This document shows, piece by piece, positions 14,304 to 64,000 of a stretch of 64,000 bases of DNA. The position numbers and the translations under genes are program-made. Below the pieces are notes generated by a model that made no database searches, was not told where the DNA came from, and saw only the letters and a list, made by a program, of their open reading frames with translations. This DNA comes from Lingula anatina (lineage: Eukaryota; Animalia; Brachiopoda): contig CM120640.1 in NCBI GenBank assembly GCA_051362555.1, positions 58,878,788-58,942,787 on the forward strand, given 5' to 3'. Position 1 is the first letter of the stretch, and each line of letters opens with the position of its first letter.

Positions 14304-14394
14304 TTGGTCTTTTTCTTTTATGCAGCCTTTAAATTGAAAGTATTATATTGAAAGAATATAGGGATACTAAATGAATCTCAAGTTGATGTATCAG

Positions 14395-14400
14395 AATAAA
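14395..14400 (+). terminator. Candidate polyadenylation signal for TMEM35
   Basis: First AATAAA about 90 nt after the stop. The sequence is AT-rich, so chance matches are common. Confidence 0.3.
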
Positions 14401-16899
14401 TTGTTTTCCATATAACTGTAGCTTGAAGAGTTTTCACTGGAAAGGAGAATTGTTACCCTTCAATTTTTTAAAATATTTTTGAGAATGCTGGTGGTATATA
14501 TTTGGAGGGCCTTATTTTGAACATTCTAAACTGTTCATCTTCCAGAAGTATATTCAGTTAGAATTTTCTAATTATTTTGAAAAACAATTTAGTCTGTGTA
14601 ATTATTTAAAGTCCACTGGTATTTTGAACCAGAGGATCTAAGAATCTACTGACTCAAAGCAGAAAAAGTGACATGTAACTGAACAGGTTTACATGATTTT
14701 ATTACAGGCCTGGCTTAAATTTTTCTGATATTTGGCCAGTGGTAATGCCACAGACGGGTCTTTTGTGATGTCTGATTATGATGTAGATGTATGGCAATAA
14801 TCACTGATATTAATGCACAAATAGATAAAAAGCAAATTTGATATTTTTGGATTATCGGCTTTATGTTGTTTTTTATATTTAGGTTAGAATTAACTTATGA
14901 TTTCAAAACATCTTCCAAGTTATAATTAGTTCATTTCTTTTTTTATTCATCCCTGACACCAGATTTATGGCCAATGAAATATGAAAGGACCTTTGTTTTA
15001 CACCCTCCTTGTTATGCCTTACATTTTTAATATAGAGAAATTTTAAAGTCCATTTTGTGTAACCGTTTTCATTTCTTTTACGTAGTGCTGCTAGTCTTGG
15101 TTCTCGTTTATAAATGCGATTGAAAGATATAAGTTCCTTGTTGAGATAGATGTGTGCGACTGACATTTAAGATAATAATTTTCGATATTCAGGAAAGTGA
15201 ATAGATTTTATTGTTGAAAAATATATCTGTTTCATGTATAATGTATTTCTCTGTAGCACAGAACTTGTAGTCCAGTTTTCTGAAATAAAAAAAAAATGTA
15301 AATGTAATAGATAGTTTCAGAAGCTTCAAAATGTGTTTGCACATTCAAGTTGGTACTACTTAGATGTTTTCATTATGTAATTGCTAGCACCAAAGGCTTC
15401 CTGTTTGGTTAAGCTGAAGTTGTCTTGTTAAATTCAGTTAATGAATTGAATTGTAGTATGGACACATGCACCAACCATATGGTATGCTGTAGACAATATT
15501 GTCTAACTTTGTATTGATTTGTCTGTATTATACTCTTCTTAAGAGAAAATCAATGTAAAAAGCATTAAGAGTGTCATCAGAAAGATATTAGTCTTCATGC
15601 TTATACAATGAGAATTTCTCTGAACAAGTATTGGAATTCTGTGCTGCCATTATGCTGAATGGGTCTCCCTCAGACCACAATGGGAATTGGCTGAGATAGG
15701 CCAAAAGTCTCACAAAGTAGAATAAATTGAGGACAAAATCCAAAGTATTTGGAAGAAATTGGGGTCAGTAATAATGGCAGACTAGCCAGGGTGGTGCAGA
15801 AACAAAAGCTCACAGAATTTTTCAACAGTTTTTCTGGTTAAACACAAAAATTCTCAGACACAAGCCTAAAATTTTCCGTACCGTTAGCTTACGGCCAACC
15901 TGGTCGAAGGCCTTCATCAGACTGACGTGAGTAGTTGTGAACATTTTTGAACATTTTTGCTCAGTTTTTCTGGTTGTTTTTTCTTAAATACTGAATAACA
16001 ATGTATTGCACAAAGATATGATTTCACCACGTTGGGTGTCATTTTTGTATTTCTTTTTAAGAAGAGATTCCCTGTAGTATCATCGTTATTTCTAAAAAGT
16101 TAAACCCACTTTGTGGGGATTCTCAAGTTTTCTAAATAGGAAATGAAAGATAAAACGAGTCTGCCAACTTTTGGGACAAAGGAAATGGTGCTTTTGAAAT
16201 GATGTGACGTCATGCAGTGCCAAAGACTTTGTTTGAGGCTATTCCCATTAAGATGAGGTGGTCAATTAGCTGCCAATCCTCTTGGCATCCATCAGATTGT
16301 TGTACTGATAAACCTTTTTAGCTTTTAAAAGGATAACAACTGTTCATTGTGGCAAAAAAATGAATTTTCCTGGGGTAAATGACAATTTTCCCATTCTTAC
16401 CAGTGGTTAATGAATCCATTCCTACATTCAAAGTCGGTCCCTGTTTTTTTTTTTTTTTTTTTCTAATAATTTTTTTTTTGTAATAATCTCTTATTATATT
16501 AAGATATTATTACAGAGTATAGCCATCTAGCACAGATTTAAAAATAATTGCTCTAACTGGCAGTAGTAACTGACATTTTAGTGGTAAAATAGAATATATT
16601 AAATTTCTTTGAGTTGCTTACAATGTATTTATTGTGGAATATAGATCTCATACGAAGAGTTATCCCTTTAATATTTCTTTCAGCAGTGTTTTGTGATGAT
16701 AATTGTCAAAGAAAGTGTTTAATGCTTCCTTTTTTATGTCTTTTATTATTGTAGCAGAAAACTGCTATGTTGATATACTTTATGCCCTAGTCTTCATGTG
16801 CATTGCTTTTTAAATGAAGCTTGCACTTTCCATGTCATTTCAGTGACAAGGAACTCCATATATCACATGAAAAAAATTATTGACAATCAGTAATTTGAG

Positions 16900-17070
16900 A
16901 AAAGCATTCTTTATTTTTAGTGATCATATACATTTTGCGTATATGTAGCTTGGTCACATTGACCTTCAACATGAAAACCTTGTCAAAAAAAAGCATTCTT
17001 TATTTTTAGTGATCATATACATTTTGCGTATATGTAGCTTGGTCACATTGACCTTCAACATGAAAACCTT
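16900..17070 (+). repeat. Tandem duplication, ~82-bp identical unit with 89-bp period
   Basis: AAAGCATTCTTTATTTTTAGTGATCATATACATTTTGCGTATATGTAGCTTGGTCACATTGACCTTCAACATGAAAACCTT occurs twice. Confidence 0.93.
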
Positions 17071-18970
17071 AAATAAAGAACAATTTAGCCTTCCAGGAGA
17101 CATCTGCGTTTGACCAATGCCTTTCAAAAGATCTCTTCCATTGAGGGTATTTGGATGTGTGTGTATTACACTCTTTGTTATAGTAGTTATTTTTAGTTAC
17201 ATCAGAATGTTATAAACCAAGTGTTTGGATTATGAAAAAATTCATATTGATGCAATGCACTTAATGCAGAAAAAGAATCATTTATGTGAAATCAAATTGA
17301 AAGGGAAAAACAACCCATGTGGAAGTGGAGTTCTTAAATGCGAGGCACATGGATATCATTGTTGAAAGAGCTTTGTCCGAGTATAGAATTATGAAATAAA
17401 AAGCTAAAGGTTTATGGTTCTACCTAGTTTCTTCATTTTAATGATACTTCAGTATGAAAGAGTAACTATTTGGTATTATTTGTGATATTGTGTTATACAT
17501 TTTATACACATATTTAGAGCAATACAGGAGTTGCATTTGTTCACTCCTCATCACATATTGATCTTTTGTGATCACAAATGTTTTCAATAAGTGTACATTG
17601 TGTGGTTTTATAATAAAATGGGCATTTTACTAGCTTCCTTTTGACTTGTTACTGTGATTATGTACATATCTGGATCATTCTGCTTTAATTGTAAAAGGAT
17701 ATGGATAAATATAGGATAGAATTTTAAATCAATGAATGTCTTTGCTGTGATAAGACTCATGTCCCAGCACAATGTCTCATTGTGACATTTTATATTACTA
17801 AGAATTTCACCCTTTAATGGACACTGAAAAACCATGACAATATTGTTCATTGGGAAAACTGAGGTTTTCTTCCAATGCTGGGCTAAGCATCAAGAAATCA
17901 AGAAATGTCTGTATTCAATAATAAGTTTTATTGCCTGTACCAGCAGATCAGAACCCTGCTGTCTGTTTGAATGCAACAACTTAACTGATGAAATAATAGG
18001 GATTTAAACCAAATGTACATGTGAACCCAAGTACAAAATGCTGTAATAGTGTCTCTATGATACAGTGCTACAGTTAAGTGAAGTTAACAACATGTACAAA
18101 GCTGCAAAATCAGCTCATTAATGTTTCATCAACCACTACATGATAGGATGAAGGATTAGTTACTATACAGAAACGATGGGCAAGATGATTGGCTGATTTA
18201 CTAAATGTCACTCACACTTATATATATATATGTGCATATATAAAATTCTTAGTTATTTTTCTGTCTGTTATAAAAAAATGCATTCTTAAAAACCAGACTT
18301 GGTACTAAAAGAAAAATTCCTCCTTGCAATTTATCATGTAGGATTTGATAATCAACGTGTCATGCAGTATTTTTGGTCAAATTGCTGCCAAACCCAACTT
18401 GTAAAACAAGAAACAAAGGAAATTCAACAGATGATAATGCTGATAACATCAAAAGAAATGAAACAAAATGTTTAAGCAGCTCTAACATATGTAGAGCTCT
18501 TGTCCCAAGTTGGGTGACTAATTGAACTCTAACGAAAGACTGCATTTTTTCCCCGGAACAAAAATGTAAAAACTTAGATTTTCATATCAAATGACCCTTA
18601 CACAGGTTCAGATCTTTGGAGTTTTGTCCACACAAATTTTAAGTTTCAACTCACTGAGTATTCTGTACAGTTAGGTTACGTCTTTTGCTTCACAAACACA
18701 TAACAATGCTAAAGTCTTCAAAAATAATATCAGTCTGCCAGAACATGCTTACATCAACACTTCCACATACATTATCACAGAATATACCAGACTAAGTGAT
18801 AACAAGTTTTAGCAAGCACGAATGAATGAATGAATGAATGTCTTTAGAAGAGTATCTGTTCCTCCCAACCTGAAAAATACTAATGAAGCACCTGATCAGT
18901 TCACAGTAAAATTGCCACCGATTGACACATTGCAACTGGACCAATAAAAATACAAAGCTTGCTGTGTTAG

Positions 18971-61797
<42,827 letters not shown>

Positions 61798-64000
61798 GGT
61801 AACAGAGTCACCCCTGATCCTTCAGTAGTGACTACCGTGTCCCACTGTTCAAGGAAGCCCATACAGATACCACTAGAATTCTTCTCAATTAGTGTCTGTA
61901 ACTAGATCTGTGATGACTTTCCAACATTCCAAGTTAATGCTGAGAATGACAATAAAGTGTGGTTTTTCCTATTTCACCTATATTTCTCTTGTTGTCATAG
62001 TGTCTTCATATAGTCGAACTAGTCAATTGCGATAATACATATAAATAAACACAGGTCTCTGCAATCTTACCTTTGTTGACACGAAAGATGTATGCAAAAG
62101 GTTCATATCAAGGTCACATTTGTACTGAGATAAAATAATGGTGAACGTATTCTAAGTATCACTTGCCACTGGTGTGATGTCTTATCTTATTGTTCCAGTC
62201 CACTAGTTCAGGTGAACTTGTCAATAATTGACTACAGAGTGCTGAGCTGTGTGCTAATCATTCAAAGCCAAGTTAGTCCTTCAGCTTGTACAGCTGTGTG
62301 TATGTGAGGTATATCGACAGGCTGTCGATCGCTGTGTATTTTCTCTAGTCTTATTTGTGTTGTATGATACACCCAGTCCACTGTGTATCCTATCTATGCT
62401 TGGTTGTCTGCTGTATCTTCATCTCCACTGAAACTCAATCTGTTTTGAATAAACAGTAGAGGTATCCTGGTATATATTTTAAAATTCTGGAAATTCCTGT
62501 CGCTCACTGTAACCAAACCTCAACTGAAAAACTGATCAATTCTTGCCTGAAGTCAGTAAGTAGTATTTAAAATAATACCCTCGGTGTTCTACTCTCTCTA
62601 GATAAATCCTGTCAAGAAATATATATATATATGAACAGCAGGCATACACAAAGTCTTCGTCCTTCTTGGGATCAGCTTAAAAGTATGCAGCATACCATTT
62701 GTCACATTAATGGGAATACTTCGCTGAATGTCACAGGTACCACAGGTACAAACACATTTTAAGATACTATAGCGGTAAGTTAACAGCACCATAGAATGGG
62801 GTCCTTTCCTCTACTCTGACATTTGGAATACATGCACCTCATACAGTATTCACATCATCTTCCAAGTCCTCTGAAATCTGTATGAATGTATGTATGCCCA
62901 GACTGATGATCACGCCAGATAAACCACTGTCCTCCCACTGTACACTGTCTATAATGATGTATGCAAAGTATTACAATAGCCAGCCCATCAACAGGTGGTT
63001 AACATCACTGGGCACTCTTACCACTGAGGAGAGAGGAACCACTTATTCATAAGATGTCCCAGATACTGAGCACCAGATCAGTGCCAAACTCTATTTAAAA
63101 TCCAGTTTTATGACAAATTGCTCTGTATCAGCCCTGTTGATATGTCCTTATATTTTTACCATTTCACATACATTAACAACATATGAGTTGGTAATATCAC
63201 ATCTTTACTCCCACGCCTGTCTACAGCTGCTCATTTTGAGGTTTTAATCCACTTAATGTTAAACCTCCGTTTCCGCAAATCTTTCAATCTGATTGTTTTT
63301 CGGTAAATATATTCTAACCACTGATGAGAATTTCATTACAGTGCAAGTACTCCCACACCTGACACCCTGCTGCACACCTTTGTATGTGTTTTATCCACCT
63401 AATGATGTCACAGAGTCAGGTCTTCATGTGTGTAATGTGAAAAGGAAGTTCTCTTCAGGTATGAAATAAGAGCAAATTTGACACTCTTAGTCATGGGTCT
63501 AGGTAACTGAGCCCAAAATGGAAAGTCAATCCCCTGGGGCCTGGCAGACGTCCGCTCCTTTTCAAAATTGCACTTTTAAAAAGTGACATAAACTTGACCA
63601 CATCTGTTGTTCAGATATCTCCAGTTGCCTAATGCTCCATTACCAGTTGGCGGCTCTCTGACAAAACACAGGACATTTTCTTCTCAACAGAAGTGAACTG
63701 AACTGGATCAAATAACTCAAACAACATCACTTGGCAATCAAATGTGGCTAAATGGCAGCTCAATGAATGTGGACTCCCATCGCCATGTACTCTCTCAATA
63801 CAAACTCCACAACTTCCTTGACAAAAGCCAACCCCATATGCTCAAATTCTAAATGCCTAAGAGCCCAAAGGTTTCATCCACAATCCAGTCTGATGATCTT
63901 TATAAGATAGCCCAAAACCTGTATGTTAAAGAAGAGTACCCTCTACTGCAAATGAAGGCTTAATAGAGGAATGCCAATGGCAGAAAGCGGCAGAGGTCAG

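Overview
AT-rich, intron-rich animal (probably invertebrate, mollusc-like; organism not determinable) genomic DNA with no prokaryotic system, CRISPR array, rRNA or tRNA that I can support. I reconstructed four spliced protein-coding genes by hand from GT-AG junctions and reading-frame phase. They are LDLRAP1/ARH (minus, 8 exons, 524-6723), LANCL3 (minus, 4 exons, 9021-11353), TMEM35/NACHO (plus, 4 exons, 11672-14303, head-to-head with LANCL3) and a large ARHGAP20/TAGAP-family RhoGAP (minus, about 16 exons, 18971-61797). The most unusual signal is that the RhoGAP carries, upstream of its PH-RA-GAP core, exons encoding the C-terminal end of a Dbl-homology (RhoGEF) domain with altered catalytic positions, apparently fed by an alternative first exon that truncates the DH domain. 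Several non-autonomous DNA transposons with clear TIRs and target-site duplications are also present. Family assignments rest on recalled similarity to human proteins, not on database searches.
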